Notes: generated by a model from the letters alone, not told the origin. DNA of 51,649 bases from a virus (IMGVR_UViG_3300048611_000030:1-51649), one strand, 5' to 3'. Numbered from the stretch's first letter, positions 28,179 to 38,579 are shown. Program-made: numbers and translations.

Positions 28179-28606
28179 TATTTCTTTATGTTTGCTCCAA
28201 AGTAGGTTCCTACAAGAGACCCAATAGCAGACCACTTATTACCTTGGGTTTGCGCGTCAACCACATCCGATTGGCGATCTAGTACAAATCCCTGCCACGC
28301 CCCCATTCCAGCTAGAAAGTTTTGATTGGATGAAGCTGTCGAGGTTGTGGACGCCATAGCTCCCATTACTCCAGATGAGCCGGGGGATACTCCTGCCGCT
28401 TCTCCAGCTACAAGGGAGGCTGCTCTGGCAGCCCGAGCTCGTCTGCGGGCATCAAGGCGAGCTTTTCGTAGCTCAAGGTCTTGCATGGACTTTTGACCTT
28501 CAATGCCTTGCCTTTGTGCGCGTGCCGCTTTCTTTTGTTCGGAGTAGCCCTTAACCGCAGCACCTACCATAACGGCTCCTACGATATACGGAATAGCTTG
28601 AGGCAT
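28178..28606 (-). CDS. Small internal virion protein (T7 gp14-like position)
   Basis: Hydrophobic N-terminus; Ala/Gln/Arg helix; AAGVSPGSS motif. Confidence 0.7.
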   Translation of the reverse strand: MPQAIPYIVGAVMVGAAVKGYSEQKKAARAQRQGIEGQKSMQDLELRKARLDARRRARAARAASLVAGEAAGVSPGSSGVMGAMASTTSTASSNQNFLAGMGAWQGFVLDRQSDVVDAQTQGNKWSAIGSLVGTYFGANIKK

Positions 28607-29058
28607 TAGATTGTCCTTATTTTCATGTAAACTCTCTCGTATTCTGTATATCCCGCTCTTTGAGACAGGGCGGAAAAGTCATGTTCTGGACGAGCTGTTA
28701 GAAAGAATATGCTTATATTCTTACCGTTAAACAACGCCTCTTCTCCAAAGGAGACTAGACGAGTCCCCACAAACTTGCCACGATAGGGAGGGGCAACATA
28801 GAGCATATTACTCATAGCAGCTCTCTTTCCAGCAGAGTGCAGTAGTGGTACGATTAAGTAGGTAATGTATCCTATAAGTTCATTAGCATCTGTTCTGGCA
28901 GTAAATATGAACAGTAAACCAGCACGTTCAGCAGCGTACAACTCCTCCCAAGCGGGACTTAACGGAAGGGCCTTATCCTCAACTTCTTCGTAGTGCTGCT
29001 TAAGCATGGTACTAATATCCTCTCGTACCCAATCAATTACTTCTTGTTGGTATTTCAT
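28606..29058 (-). CDS. GNAT acetyltransferase-like protein in the virion module
   Basis: LIGY, LYVAPPYRGKFVG.RL, RAGYTEYERVYMK; GGAGG RBS before MKYQQE. Confidence 0.8.
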   Translation of the reverse strand: MKYQQEVIDWVREDISTMLKQHYEEVEDKALPLSPAWEELYAAERAGLLFIFTARTDANELIGYITYLIVPLLHSAGKRAAMSNMLYVAPPYRGKFVGTRLVSFGEEALFNGKNISIFFLTARPEHDFSALSQRAGYTEYERVYMKIRTI

Positions 29059-31421
29059 ACCTCCGAGGAGCCCATGATTGGAAATGCCCAACCGTACAGG
29101 TGCATGTCGTATCCAGACTCACTGTAGAACTTTAGCTGTAAGACCTTACCGGCCCCACGGACTTTATTCTTTGTAACAACGATGTTATAGCCGGGGTCAA
29201 ACGTAGCTGGAAGGCTGGTCGGTGCCGCAGCAATGCGAAGATGCCGATAGGCTTGAAACGCTGTTGTGTATTTTCCGTTAGCAGACGAGTCAGCAAAATC
29301 CCATCTGGCCTGAACCCTACACGAGCTTGCAGGAGAAGGAATAGCCGAACCAGTTCCGCCAGAAATCCATTGTGTCTCGGTTCTCTTGGAATACACAAAG
29401 AGGTACAAGGCCTGCTTGCGCCGGATTACATCCCCAGCGGTCTTGAGTCCGGTAATAAGATAGGCGGGAGCATCTACTCCAGCCGTATCATAGGTGTACC
29501 AGTCTAGCCAATCTGTATTATTAATCGTGGCGAATGTAACATTATCGCCAGTTACAAATGTAAGAAAACGCATGTTATTAACAGCATCGTTTGCGCTGTC
29601 CCCGGCAACTACTCCCATAACATACGCCGGAGTAATTGGAATTGTATACGGAGCAAAGGCGCTTAAGCGTAGGTCTACAACCATTACTTTATTGTACTTA
29701 TACGTGTATGAAGCATCTGTCCCGTACACAAAATAAATGCGCTTCAAAATATCGTCGTATGCCGCTGCAATGTACGTCTTATTCGCGTCCGGAATCGCTG
29801 CGTACGTAGCCTTAATAGTTGTATCTGTCAGTGAAGTTGTTGTAAGAAAGCCACTTATTTTGTCTTGTGTTAAGGTGTACAGCCCTTGATAGGCAGCAAA
29901 ATAGGGCACATCTTCCACCATGACCACACTTGCGGGAGAGGCGCATCCTACGGTTGTAATTTGACGAACCGAATAGGATGTGGCCTTGAAGCTCGTTGAG
30001 TCTCCTCCCCCTAACTCCCACAAGCCGTTGTCTGCGAACAGAACTAGCTTGTCGCCAACCTGCTCCATAGCCAACACCGCGCCTAAGGAATGAATAGAAA
30101 TGGACCCTCCATCCGATTCCAAAAGTTCGTTAATATCCTCTGACGTTGGGTCTGCTTCTTGATAGCAGATGCCAAAATCATCGGTGGATTCAATAATCTT
30201 TGAAAAGTAAACACGACCTAGCAGGCGCGCACTAGGAATTCCTGAGTAGAATACTCTTCCAGCGAAGAATGCCACAGTGCGGGGGCGCACGGACTCCGTT
30301 ATTGGTGTAGGATTAGTAACACTACCTACCTTAGTATACCCATACGCGGATATAGAGCAAAGCGTTATAGCCGCTACAGGTACAGTAAACGTGGTTGTGC
30401 CTGTTACGGTACAAGTGTAAGTGCCATCCCATGTGTCTGAGTCGCCCGGAGCACATCCAGCACCAGTATCCTTGGTGAATGCGGTGTTAGCCAGAGTAAC
30501 ACTGTCAGAGGTCGTGAGGCCATGTGCAGTAGTAGTTGTTACTGTAAGCACACCTGCTGCATACGCCAGCAGAGTATTATCTATGTTGTTGTCCATAGAA
30601 AAGGATTGCGTTGTATCAAAGACATTATGAATAAAATGCCCCCGAGGAGCTATTGTATTACCAGAGTCAGTATTTAATATATCATCAGAGTGCCACGCCT
30701 TCTTTCCCGTAGATGGGTCTGTGTAGTACCCATCGTGGGCGATGTCGGCGTTGGATGGATACAGGCTGCTGCGTTGGCTCCAATAGGAGTTAATACGATC
30801 TGTTGTCCAGCCTTGATTAAGTAGGTTATAGCCGTGTTCATCGGACAAAGAACTTGGGTGCGTGCTAACATCTAAAGTATCATCTACCCCAATAAAATCT
30901 CTCTCATAAATAACAAACTCTGTTTCCGCAATAGAATCGGTGCCAGATGTATAGGTAACGTAAAAGGGCTCAATGTATGTTCCCATAACGAACAGAACAC
31001 CACGCCCGTAGGCGGTGTCAATACGACTAGCTGCGACTGTTGCGTCGGATGTTCCCGTTACTTTATGAGAAAGGAGATTAACCGAAAAGGATTTCTTTCC
31101 TGCGGAAAGCGGGGTTGCAAACGTGTAGAAATAAAGCGTAGAACCAATCTGCACTACCTGAAAGGCGGTGTTGGCGTCCCCATTTACATCGAACCAATCA
31201 TGCACACCAACAGCATCCGTGGAAGCCACAGATTTGCTGAATAAGGTGTACCCCGACTCATAGTCAAGCCCTAAGCGCCGCTGCACGGAGCCGTTGAGAT
31301 TGAATACTATATTGTCACAGTCCGTACAGGCATCTGGAGGGAAAACAAACGGACCAGCCTCAGTAATGAGGCCCTTGACAAATGTGAAGTCTGCTTGTTC
31401 TATGCGATTCGCTTGAGCCAT
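29055..31421 (-). CDS. Tail tubular protein B (nozzle)
   Basis: FVKGLITEA, GSVQRRLG, FFAGRVFYSG, TKNKVRGAG motifs; synteny. Confidence 0.85.
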   Translation of the reverse strand: MAQANRIEQADFTFVKGLITEAGPFVFPPDACTDCDNIVFNLNGSVQRRLGLDYESGYTLFSKSVASTDAVGVHDWFDVNGDANTAFQVVQIGSTLYFYTFATPLSAGKKSFSVNLLSHKVTGTSDATVAASRIDTAYGRGVLFVMGTYIEPFYVTYTSGTDSIAETEFVIYERDFIGVDDTLDVSTHPSSLSDEHGYNLLNQGWTTDRINSYWSQRSSLYPSNADIAHDGYYTDPSTGKKAWHSDDILNTDSGNTIAPRGHFIHNVFDTTQSFSMDNNIDNTLLAYAAGVLTVTTTTAHGLTTSDSVTLANTAFTKDTGAGCAPGDSDTWDGTYTCTVTGTTTFTVPVAAITLCSISAYGYTKVGSVTNPTPITESVRPRTVAFFAGRVFYSGIPSARLLGRVYFSKIIESTDDFGICYQEADPTSEDINELLESDGGSISIHSLGAVLAMEQVGDKLVLFADNGLWELGGGDSTSFKATSYSVRQITTVGCASPASVVMVEDVPYFAAYQGLYTLTQDKISGFLTTTSLTDTTIKATYAAIPDANKTYIAAAYDDILKRIYFVYGTDASYTYKYNKVMVVDLRLSAFAPYTIPITPAYVMGVVAGDSANDAVNNMRFLTFVTGDNVTFATINNTDWLDWYTYDTAGVDAPAYLITGLKTAGDVIRRKQALYLFVYSKRTETQWISGGTGSAIPSPASSCRVQARWDFADSSANGKYTTAFQAYRHLRIAAAPTSLPATFDPGYNIVVTKNKVRGAGKVLQLKFYSESGYDMHLYGWAFPIMGSSEV

Positions 31422-31672
31422 GCGTTAATAGTTAGTTGCGCTAACACCTTGGATGTATACTGGCCTTTGAGCACATCTGGAACTTCGCCTCCGCCATCGT
31501 ACCTAATAACGTACATACTTGATTGCGGGTTGAGCTTACCAACCACTAATTTACGTGGCTTACTTTCTACCGAAGTCGGGACGGTCTCCGGACTGGTTCC
31601 TATTTTGCCGCCATTGAGACGCTTGAGAACGCGTCCTACCGTCTCGGGCTTGCTTGGCAGAGGTTGGGTCAT
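31400..31672 (-). CDS. Small hypothetical protein between the tail tube genes
   Basis: YVIRYDGGGEVPDVLKGQYTS; overlaps tail tube A. Confidence 0.65.
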   Translation of the reverse strand: MTQPLPSKPETVGRVLKRLNGGKIGTSPETVPTSVESKPRKLVVGKLNPQSSMYVIRYDGGGEVPDVLKGQYTSKVLAQLTINAWLKRIA

Positions 31673-32312
31673 TGGTCTGTTTTAACCTTGTCATGCAGAT
31701 TGTTTTGGCTTCGGCCAGCAAAAAAGGAAACATTGCGGACGGAAGATCGGGGGTGAATGTGTCTGTCATAGACCATGTGGGTTCCTTGTATCCATGACAG
31801 GCAGTCTTGCTTCCTTGCAGATTTGCCTCTACTGCGCTGTCGTAGGAATCGAAGTAGATGTACTCATCATCGAACGAGGTCCAATATGTCGGTTCCACAT
31901 CATTGCGTATAAGCAACGCCACGCTGTTCTCTGTTACAATATCAATAGTAGAATCAGATGAGTTTCTAAGATATGTCATGGAGGCAAATTCTTCCGGAGT
32001 CTTGTAGATAATATCCTTGTACTCTTTATCCGTATCCCCGGAGTCTATACAATTGTACTTTATCCACAGCACTTCCTGAATGGTGTCAGGAATAAGCATC
32101 TTTGTAGGTGTAGCTGAAACAGCAGAGTCCAATGTAAACAAAGTACCAAGCCACGGGCGGTCCCGCTGACTAAGCATAAAGGCATACGTGGACTTGATGA
32201 TCTGCGCGACCTGCAAAGATTCGGCTGTATCCGAAATGCTGTTTACCGCATCCGAGGACATGTCGGACATGATGTCCTGCACCATATCCAGCAACGTCAT
32301 TTTCAGACTCAT
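31560..32312 (-). CDS. Tail tubular protein A (adaptor)
   Basis: MTLLDMVQDI...VNSISDT.ES.QVA, PTYWTSFDD, FTPDLP motifs. Confidence 0.85.
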   Translation of the reverse strand: MSLKMTLLDMVQDIMSDMSSDAVNSISDTAESLQVAQIIKSTYAFMLSQRDRPWLGTLFTLDSAVSATPTKMLIPDTIQEVLWIKYNCIDSGDTDKEYKDIIYKTPEEFASMTYLRNSSDSTIDIVTENSVALLIRNDVEPTYWTSFDDEYIYFDSYDSAVEANLQGSKTACHGYKEPTWSMTDTFTPDLPSAMFPFLLAEAKTICMTRLKQTNDPTSAKQARDGRTRSQASQWRQNRNQSGDRPDFGRK

Positions 32313-32327
32313 ACGTTAATTCCTCGG

Positions 32328-32343
32328 GTAGTCGGCCGACTAC
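32328..32343. repeat. Dispersed palindrome GTAGTC-ggcc-GACTAC (only copy in the structural arm)
   Basis: Between stop 32346 and the GAGG RBS of tail tube A on the minus strand. Confidence 0.95.
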
Positions 32344-32345
32344 AA

Positions 32346-32591
32346 TTAATCAGCGATCAAACCGTGAGCACGCATCGCGGCAAGAATCGAGTTGACCTTA
32401 CCCCCAAGAACACCTACAGCAGTTTCAAGTTCATCCACAGTTGGAGTGGCGCTGGTTGTCAACGCACTTCCTGTGAGTGTTGCTCCATCAAGAGCATCGG
32501 TACAGTCGGCAATAGCTGACTGACGGTCGCCAATCTGGCCGTTGTCATTGCTATCCACAAGTTTGGTTTTGCTATCTACGGGTTGTGTCAT
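32346..32591 (-). CDS. Small head fibre / decoration protein
   Basis: C-terminal KVNSILAAMRAHGLIA typical of head-fibre proteins. Confidence 0.65.
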   Translation of the reverse strand: MTQPVDSKTKLVDSNDNGQIGDRQSAIADCTDALDGATLTGSALTTSATPTVDELETAVGVLGGKVNSILAAMRAHGLIAD

Positions 32592-32608
32592 TTCATTATT
32601 CCTTTGGT

Positions 32609-32634
32609 TAAAGGGTCAGGGGGCCGAAGCCCCC
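32609..32634 (-). terminator. GC hairpin with UUCG loop after the capsid genes; weak U-tract
   Basis: GGGGGC-TTCG-GCCCCC followed by TGACCCTTTA on the minus strand. Confidence 0.55.
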
Positions 32635-32651
32635 ATCGCCTATATTGCTAC

Positions 32652-33188
32652 TTAAACAGCCAGAGTGGCGTCGTACTGCGGTTCGATGTACTGAACCGTG
32701 AGCACAGCCTTACCGGCAGTCGGTACTGCGGTTTCCCACGAAGCGGTAATAACGCAATCGCTGTTGGAGGTTTCTCCGACAGTGACCGCACCGTTCACAA
32801 GAGCGCCGTTGCACTGAACGGTATCGCCGACAGCCGCAAGAGCCGCATCAATGTCAATATCAACATCAATGCCGTCTGCATCGTCCACGACCTCAGTGTC
32901 AAGGCCCACACCCCATGTACCAATATCCAATGTTCCAGCACCCGTCCACGCCACCGTTGTTACCAGTGTGGCAGAAAGGATTGTGGAACCCCTGCGGATA
33001 CGAGCAGACTGAGGCGGAATGTCAGTCGCCGCAATGGTATCCACGGTATCAACTCCCGTGATTTCCATTATAAGCGTCTTAACCGCACCAGCACCCGCTG
33101 TAACCACCGGGATGTCGTTATCTACCGTATGTGTGCCGAAGCCCACCACAAGACCATCAGAATTTGTCCAAGTTGCACCACGAGCCAT
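32652..33188 (-). CDS. Structural protein downstream of the MCP (capsid decoration/cement)
   Basis: WTNSDGL.V.FG N-terminus, beta-rich; AGGAGG RBS. Confidence 0.75.
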   Translation of the reverse strand: MARGATWTNSDGLVVGFGTHTVDNDIPVVTAGAGAVKTLIMEITGVDTVDTIAATDIPPQSARIRRGSTILSATLVTTVAWTGAGTLDIGTWGVGLDTEVVDDADGIDVDIDIDAALAAVGDTVQCNGALVNGAVTVGETSNSDCVITASWETAVPTAGKAVLTVQYIEPQYDATLAV

Positions 33189-33203
33189 TAGTATGTCCTC
33201 CTA

Positions 33204-34148
33204 TTAAACGACATTGGTGTGGGAGAGGACAACCACAAGGTTTTCCGGGCGATACAGCTTAACGCCGTAACGCGATGTCGTGACATACTCTTCACGCTGG
33301 AAGTCCTTGTTGTACTCGCCATCCACCTGCGGTTCCTGCCGCCACGCGCCGACAAACGGAAGAACGTCCGAAGCCGCCGAGAAGAACAGGTTAGCAACAC
33401 CGTAGGTTGTGACGGAAACGCTGTTCACAGTCTCGGTGAGGCCACTCGCAAGGTAGTTGGATGTGTACACATCAAACCCATAGATGTTCTTAACAAAGCG
33501 CATTCCCGTTGCAAGGCCGGAAGTGATGATACCTTCCCACATCGGGTTGTTGCTGACGTTGGTAAGATTTGTCAGGGTGTTGAGGGTGTACTCCACCGAA
33601 GGGTCAACAATCGCCACCAGATTCGTCTGAGGGACATTGGCCTTCTTGAGAGAGTAAAGTGCAGTAGCAAAGTCAGACAGAGCCATAACCTGCGACGCTC
33701 CGGACGCAACCATGCGGTGCGGTGCGGCGTTAATCAGGTTACGGTTGCTGGCTGTTTGCTGACTCTGGAGTGCGAAGATGTCAGTCTCCACTCGCTCCAT
33801 CATCGCCCGACGCTGCTTAGGCACAAAGGAGGCTTCCAGCATGGCCGCGTAAAACGCGTCCTGACGGGCCTTCTTCGTGATGTAGTTGCCGGACTGCAAA
33901 TACTCAGTGATCTGGAACTGGAACTCGCCAGTATCCATCGCATCGTATGTGACAGGCGTATTTTCTACGTAGTCACGAACCGTTCCCTCACCGATTGAGG
34001 GAATGGTGAATGTGTCACCGTCCGGAAACTCGTTGAGCCAATGAACGTACTTGGTACCCTGCAAATCATCAAGCAGGACATCCTTTAGTTCCCGACTCCA
34101 CAGTTCCGAGCGAGTGAGCACAGTCATGTTTGCTGTTGTAAAAGACAT
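33204..34148 (-). CDS. Major capsid protein
   Basis: RSELWS..LK..L, FPDGDTFTIPSIG, IYGFDVYTSN, RYGVKLYRPE motifs; synteny. Confidence 0.92.
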   Translation of the reverse strand: MSFTTANMTVLTRSELWSRELKDVLLDDLQGTKYVHWLNEFPDGDTFTIPSIGEGTVRDYVENTPVTYDAMDTGEFQFQITEYLQSGNYITKKARQDAFYAAMLEASFVPKQRRAMMERVETDIFALQSQQTASNRNLINAAPHRMVASGASQVMALSDFATALYSLKKANVPQTNLVAIVDPSVEYTLNTLTNLTNVSNNPMWEGIITSGLATGMRFVKNIYGFDVYTSNYLASGLTETVNSVSVTTYGVANLFFSAASDVLPFVGAWRQEPQVDGEYNKDFQREEYVTTSRYGVKLYRPENLVVVLSHTNVV

Positions 34149-34179
34149 GAGTTGTGTTCCTCGTGTTTAGGTTGTTGTG

Positions 34180-34932
34180 TTACTTACGGCCAAAGAATTT
34201 ATCAGAGCCCATCTTTGTAATAGCATCAGTACGCGCTTTGGTGGCTTCCGATGAAAAGTACCACTTGTCTCCTCGGGTCTTACGCTGGGCTTTGAACCAG
34301 TCGTACGTGCCTTCGGCGGCAGTAGCATTTCGCATCTGAACTTCCAACGCTGCGGTATTGACACTACCAGTTGGACTCGGAGTTCCTAAGTCCGGTTTAA
34401 TATCGAAGTAAACCAGAAACGCTGATGGTGACTTCGCAGCAACATTCATCAAGTCCGTTACCGGAAGTCCAAGAGCCTCTGCCTTGTCAGCAAGGGCTGC
34501 CTGCGCCGCCTCTTTGGTTCCGAACTTTTTAATCAGTTCGTCCGAAGTGGCCTTAAGGTTCTCTGTCGCTGTTTTAGTTGCCTGACGCTGGTTCAATGTA
34601 TCCAATACACGCTCGGTAATAGAGTCCGGGTCAACCGCAGGTGTCCCCTCGGTTTTCGCCTGACCTTCCTTGATAGCAGCAAGAACATCATCCACACTCT
34701 TTTGTGACTCCTCAAGTTTTTCCAGCTTTGCGCGAAGCTCGGCGTTATCACTCTCCAGCACGGTAATGTGCGCTTGTGCGGGAGCAATGGCCTTGAGAGC
34801 CAGTTCCAGAGTAGAATACTTCTTGCCCGGACCTACTAAGTTCTCCAGTTCAGGAGGAACGGCAGGTGCGGTATCTTTTACTACAGGTGCAGCAGCCGGG
34901 TCGGCTGTAAAGATTGTGTCGTTGTCCGACAT
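34180..34932 (-). CDS. Capsid scaffolding protein
   Basis: LVGPGKKY...AQAHI..LE.DNAELR coiled coil; precedes the MCP. Confidence 0.8.
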   Translation of the reverse strand: MSDNDTIFTADPAAAPVVKDTAPAVPPELENLVGPGKKYSTLELALKAIAPAQAHITVLESDNAELRAKLEKLEESQKSVDDVLAAIKEGQAKTEGTPAVDPDSITERVLDTLNQRQATKTATENLKATSDELIKKFGTKEAAQAALADKAEALGLPVTDLMNVAAKSPSAFLVYFDIKPDLGTPSPTGSVNTAALEVQMRNATAAEGTYDWFKAQRKTRGDKWYFSSEATKARTDAITKMGSDKFFGRK

Positions 34933-34955
34933 TCTATGGGTGCCTCGTTAGGTTG

Positions 34956-35237
34956 TTAAGGGAGTAACGTAAGCACCCGTTTAAGGGCGCGGCGATAACC
35001 GGCTTGGTCTGCCAGCAATGCCACCAAATTCTGTGAATCGTATACTGCTTCCTTCTCACACTTATCGTAACTTTCTTTGAGTAGTCGTTGGATTTCTCGT
35101 CCGAGAGACTCATCAAGTATCTTCTTTAAACTTCCGTACGCAGCTATCAGGGACTCTCGTTGGTCTTTGTCCTTGATGTGCGCGAATAGTCTACTAAGGG
35201 GCCGGGGTTCCCGGTCCGATTGGGGCTGGTCCGCCAT
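34956..35237 (-). CDS. Hypothetical protein between portal and scaffold
   Basis: 93 aa; ADQAGYRRAL. Confidence 0.7.
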   Translation of the reverse strand: MADQPQSDREPRPLSRLFAHIKDKDQRESLIAAYGSLKKILDESLGREIQRLLKESYDKCEKEAVYDSQNLVALLADQAGYRRALKRVLTLLP

Positions 35238-37023
35238 TCGTCATTCCTAGTTCACCGGGAGATTCTTCCACAGGCATCGCATCTTCCGTAGCCATCTGTT
35301 CCTGTGCGCTGTTCATCATTTGCTGAGTCTCGAACTGTTCCATCACACGAATGTTCTTGCTAACTAGCTTGAACTTCTCCACATCCAGTACGTCCTCAAA
35401 TAGCTTAGCTAATGCTAGACCTGAGATATGCACGCTTACTGCCGGGTCCTGCCCGATGGGCGAATTAGCAAATGCCGTAAGTTGCTGAACCATACGAGCC
35501 TTCGCAGCAAAGTGGCGAGCGCCAACCGGCATCAAACGGCCCTTGGCCGTCAGATCATCTCGGCTGATGCTCAAGAACTCTACTACACCCACATCATCAT
35601 CCACGATGCGAGCTACGTCCGCCACGTCGAGGTTGCGGCGGGATGTCTCAAGCATGTCGTTGATGCAGCCCTCCATAAACTCCTCGAAGGCTGTGATCTT
35701 CGTTTGGAAGATACGGCCAGCAGCAGTCATAAGCTGATCTACTTCATAGGCTGTCTTTTCTCCCGGTGAGCGGATTCCCATAGCCTCTTTCGGGGCTCCA
35801 GCGAACTCCTCCATCTTTTGTTCAAGCGTAGCAATTTGCATATCAGCTTGAAGTGCCGTTACGTCGGGGTGCATGAACTCCACATCCCCCTCGTCGTGCA
35901 CGTAGATGCGCTCATTAGGGCCGTAGTTAAAATCCTCTACGTCGCCCTTGATCTTAAGTACCGGAAAGGCGATCATATCGTATACGTCAGCCTTGAGGTT
36001 CTCCAGATGGTCAATGCGATACTGCATACCAACCAGATTGTCCAGAGGACCCATAGACCACAGGTTATCGTCTCGGTGACGCCAGCCAACGTGATGAATA
36101 GGAGCCCTGCCGAACCAACTCGGGTTCTCCTTTTTCATCAGGATGTAGCTGCGGTCAACTACCGTAACAATGCAATCCTTCCACAACTTGTTCTCCACGA
36201 TATCGTAGATGTCTCCGTAGAACGTGAGACACTCCACAAAGCCGGAGGAGTAGTAATCCTCCAACGAGCCGAATCCATCAATCCGCATACCGGCGGATTT
36301 GTTGCTATCCCCTGTGGCGGTGTTATCCTGCTTGGCGTAGGCTTGGCGGTTATCCAGAATCCGCTTAACTACTTCCTTGTCGTATTCGATATCCGGTCGC
36401 TTGTCGATTTCCTTAAGCAGCTCCGCAAGCGTCTTAATGCTACGTATGATCTTAGGGGAGGCCGCAAAGTTCACAGCCAATGGATTGAACACAATATCCT
36501 GCGGGCTGATACGGATAAGGCGCGGGCCTGTGTAGCGGTCTATCTGCTGTAGAACCGGGTCTGTTTTCTCAACAATGTCACGCTCATACTGCACGATACC
36601 AAAGGCATTGCCTGCGTCAATGTAATCGTAGAGCAACTGGTTTATCTGAAACTTGAAGTCGCTATTGCGGAGCTTGGTCCGCATGTAGCCCTCAATGGCC
36701 TTCTTCTTATCCTTGGTGACAGCTTCATCATCAGAACCTTCCCACGCCAGCCAGTCCTCATTAGGAAACAAGGCCGACACGTAGTTGGCGTGAAGGTTAT
36801 CCCTGATCTGGACTAACTTTGGAAGGGTTGTCTTATTCTTCCACGGCAAGTTCGAGTTGGTTGTCTGCGTAGTATCCGTAGCAAACAGATAGCTGCGAAG
36901 TTCTGCTCGTGCCGTCAACCATGAACTACGTACCCCATCCCAGCGCATCCAGAAGTCTGTGATTTGCACAGCAAGTTGGTGCGCGTCCTCTAGGGTATTC
37001 CGTACTTCGATTTCTTCTGCCAT
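35194..37023 (-). CDS. Portal protein
   Basis: PWKNKTTLPKL.QIRDNLHANY, GPLDNLVGMQYRIDHLEN, GIRSPGEKTA motifs. Confidence 0.92.
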   Translation of the reverse strand: MAEEIEVRNTLEDAHQLAVQITDFWMRWDGVRSSWLTARAELRSYLFATDTTQTTNSNLPWKNKTTLPKLVQIRDNLHANYVSALFPNEDWLAWEGSDDEAVTKDKKKAIEGYMRTKLRNSDFKFQINQLLYDYIDAGNAFGIVQYERDIVEKTDPVLQQIDRYTGPRLIRISPQDIVFNPLAVNFAASPKIIRSIKTLAELLKEIDKRPDIEYDKEVVKRILDNRQAYAKQDNTATGDSNKSAGMRIDGFGSLEDYYSSGFVECLTFYGDIYDIVENKLWKDCIVTVVDRSYILMKKENPSWFGRAPIHHVGWRHRDDNLWSMGPLDNLVGMQYRIDHLENLKADVYDMIAFPVLKIKGDVEDFNYGPNERIYVHDEGDVEFMHPDVTALQADMQIATLEQKMEEFAGAPKEAMGIRSPGEKTAYEVDQLMTAAGRIFQTKITAFEEFMEGCINDMLETSRRNLDVADVARIVDDDVGVVEFLSISRDDLTAKGRLMPVGARHFAAKARMVQQLTAFANSPIGQDPAVSVHISGLALAKLFEDVLDVEKFKLVSKNIRVMEQFETQQMMNSAQEQMATEDAMPVEESPGELGMTNGGPAPIGPGTPAP

Positions 37024-37025
37024 AG

Positions 37026-38579
37026 TTAGTGTGCAACTCCCCCGAAGCGAGCATTAAATGCTGGCCGTTGTTCCGCGTGTTGTCTGCGGGTGTTTCTACT
37101 AGGTGCCCGAAGCACAGATACCACCGAAGCAAAGGCGTCTGCAATGTCGTCGTGTTCCGGATGCTCGTGTACCAACTCATCCTCAAGCACTTGGCAATTA
37201 CCTCCACGAAAATGCCAGATAGCCATTGTGTCGTAACGAGGCAACAGAGTCATGGCGATACGCTCTTCCTTGCTTCCGGTATGCCGTGTTGGATTGAAGT
37301 CGTCAATGGCAAAGTACACGCCATACTCCTTCATGTACTGCTTAATCTCCCCGACAATCATTTCCTGACCAGACACCGTTTCCGCCCTAAGCCTGCGGAA
37401 GTACCATTTATTGTGCATAGCCAAGATGTGCTCAAAAATAACGGATACCTTAGAAGTCTTGAACCGATCAATATCCAGAACGTAGATATTGTTGTCCTCA
37501 TCTATTCCTGCGACAACGATTGAGGTATAGTCAGCTCGTTTGGACTCGCTAAACGCCAAGTCCAATCCAGCCAGAATGTTAAGTCTCCGCTCTTTGAAAT
37601 ACCAGTTCCCATCGTATAACCTAATATGCGTGGGGTCGTAATACTGAAATCTGTCCCGCGACAACCGCAAGTTTGTGGGGTCGGACGGGTCGTTATAGTA
37701 TTGAGCATAGAACTGCCCTCTGTCAATATATTTCGCTTTCTTCTTCGAGTACTCCTTAATATCAAACCCAAAATACTTGCCATCGCTACGACGTTGTTTA
37801 GGCCATAAATACTGCCCGGTACCATCCCTGTCTACGGAATCTTCCAGAACACGCTCATATACTTCGTACATGGACTCGGAGCCAGTCTCATGTCCGTGCT
37901 CATCGTGCACAGAATACTCCATTGAGATAAGCTCATTGTACAGGTCTGCCGGGTGGTACCGCGTACCAACTACCCATTCCTCAGAATCTGTACTTTCAAT
38001 GGATGCCAGCAAGGAGTAAGCGAAAGCAACCTTATTGCGTCCCTCCTCAGTATAAGCATTTTCCTTCACCACTATGTCGTCTAGTACAGCCTTCTTGAAG
38101 TGCAGGCCGGTTACATTGGTATCAAGACCAGCAGCATATACAGTGGGGTCACGAACAAACTCTTGTTTACGCTTCGGATGATCTATCGAGAACTCGCGGG
38201 CTGTCCACTTCTCTCGACGGGCCTCCTGCTCGTTCACCATCTCCGGCCAATACCTGCGGTATATTGGTGATAACAAAATGTCCTGAATAAATTTTACCTG
38301 CTTCTCGGCAAGTGTTGTTGTAGCCGAAATATAGAGAAACGTACAGTCTGGTTCCTTCGTTATAGTCCATGCTACCCTGTAGCCCATAAGGGCGCTCTTC
38401 TGATGATCGCGGGGAAGCAACGCCAACTGATGCTGCTTATGATCTTGCCGGTTCCACCAGTAGATCAAATCCTCGTGGCATTGCCCCAGCACGCGATGTG
38501 GTGCTACCAAGTGGATGAACGTAAGAAGGTCAGCTTCCGCTGCCTTCCGTATTTGGTCCTTCTTGGTATCTTGTGCCAT
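37026..38579 (-). CDS. terL: Terminase large subunit
   Basis: LLPRDHQKS Walker A, VLDD Walker B, VGTRYH, GLDLAFS, HDDIADA motifs. Confidence 0.95.
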   Translation of the reverse strand: MAQDTKKDQIRKAAEADLLTFIHLVAPHRVLGQCHEDLIYWWNRQDHKQHQLALLPRDHQKSALMGYRVAWTITKEPDCTFLYISATTTLAEKQVKFIQDILLSPIYRRYWPEMVNEQEARREKWTAREFSIDHPKRKQEFVRDPTVYAAGLDTNVTGLHFKKAVLDDIVVKENAYTEEGRNKVAFAYSLLASIESTDSEEWVVGTRYHPADLYNELISMEYSVHDEHGHETGSESMYEVYERVLEDSVDRDGTGQYLWPKQRRSDGKYFGFDIKEYSKKKAKYIDRGQFYAQYYNDPSDPTNLRLSRDRFQYYDPTHIRLYDGNWYFKERRLNILAGLDLAFSESKRADYTSIVVAGIDEDNNIYVLDIDRFKTSKVSVIFEHILAMHNKWYFRRLRAETVSGQEMIVGEIKQYMKEYGVYFAIDDFNPTRHTGSKEERIAMTLLPRYDTMAIWHFRGGNCQVLEDELVHEHPEHDDIADAFASVVSVLRAPSRNTRRQHAEQRPAFNARFGGVAH

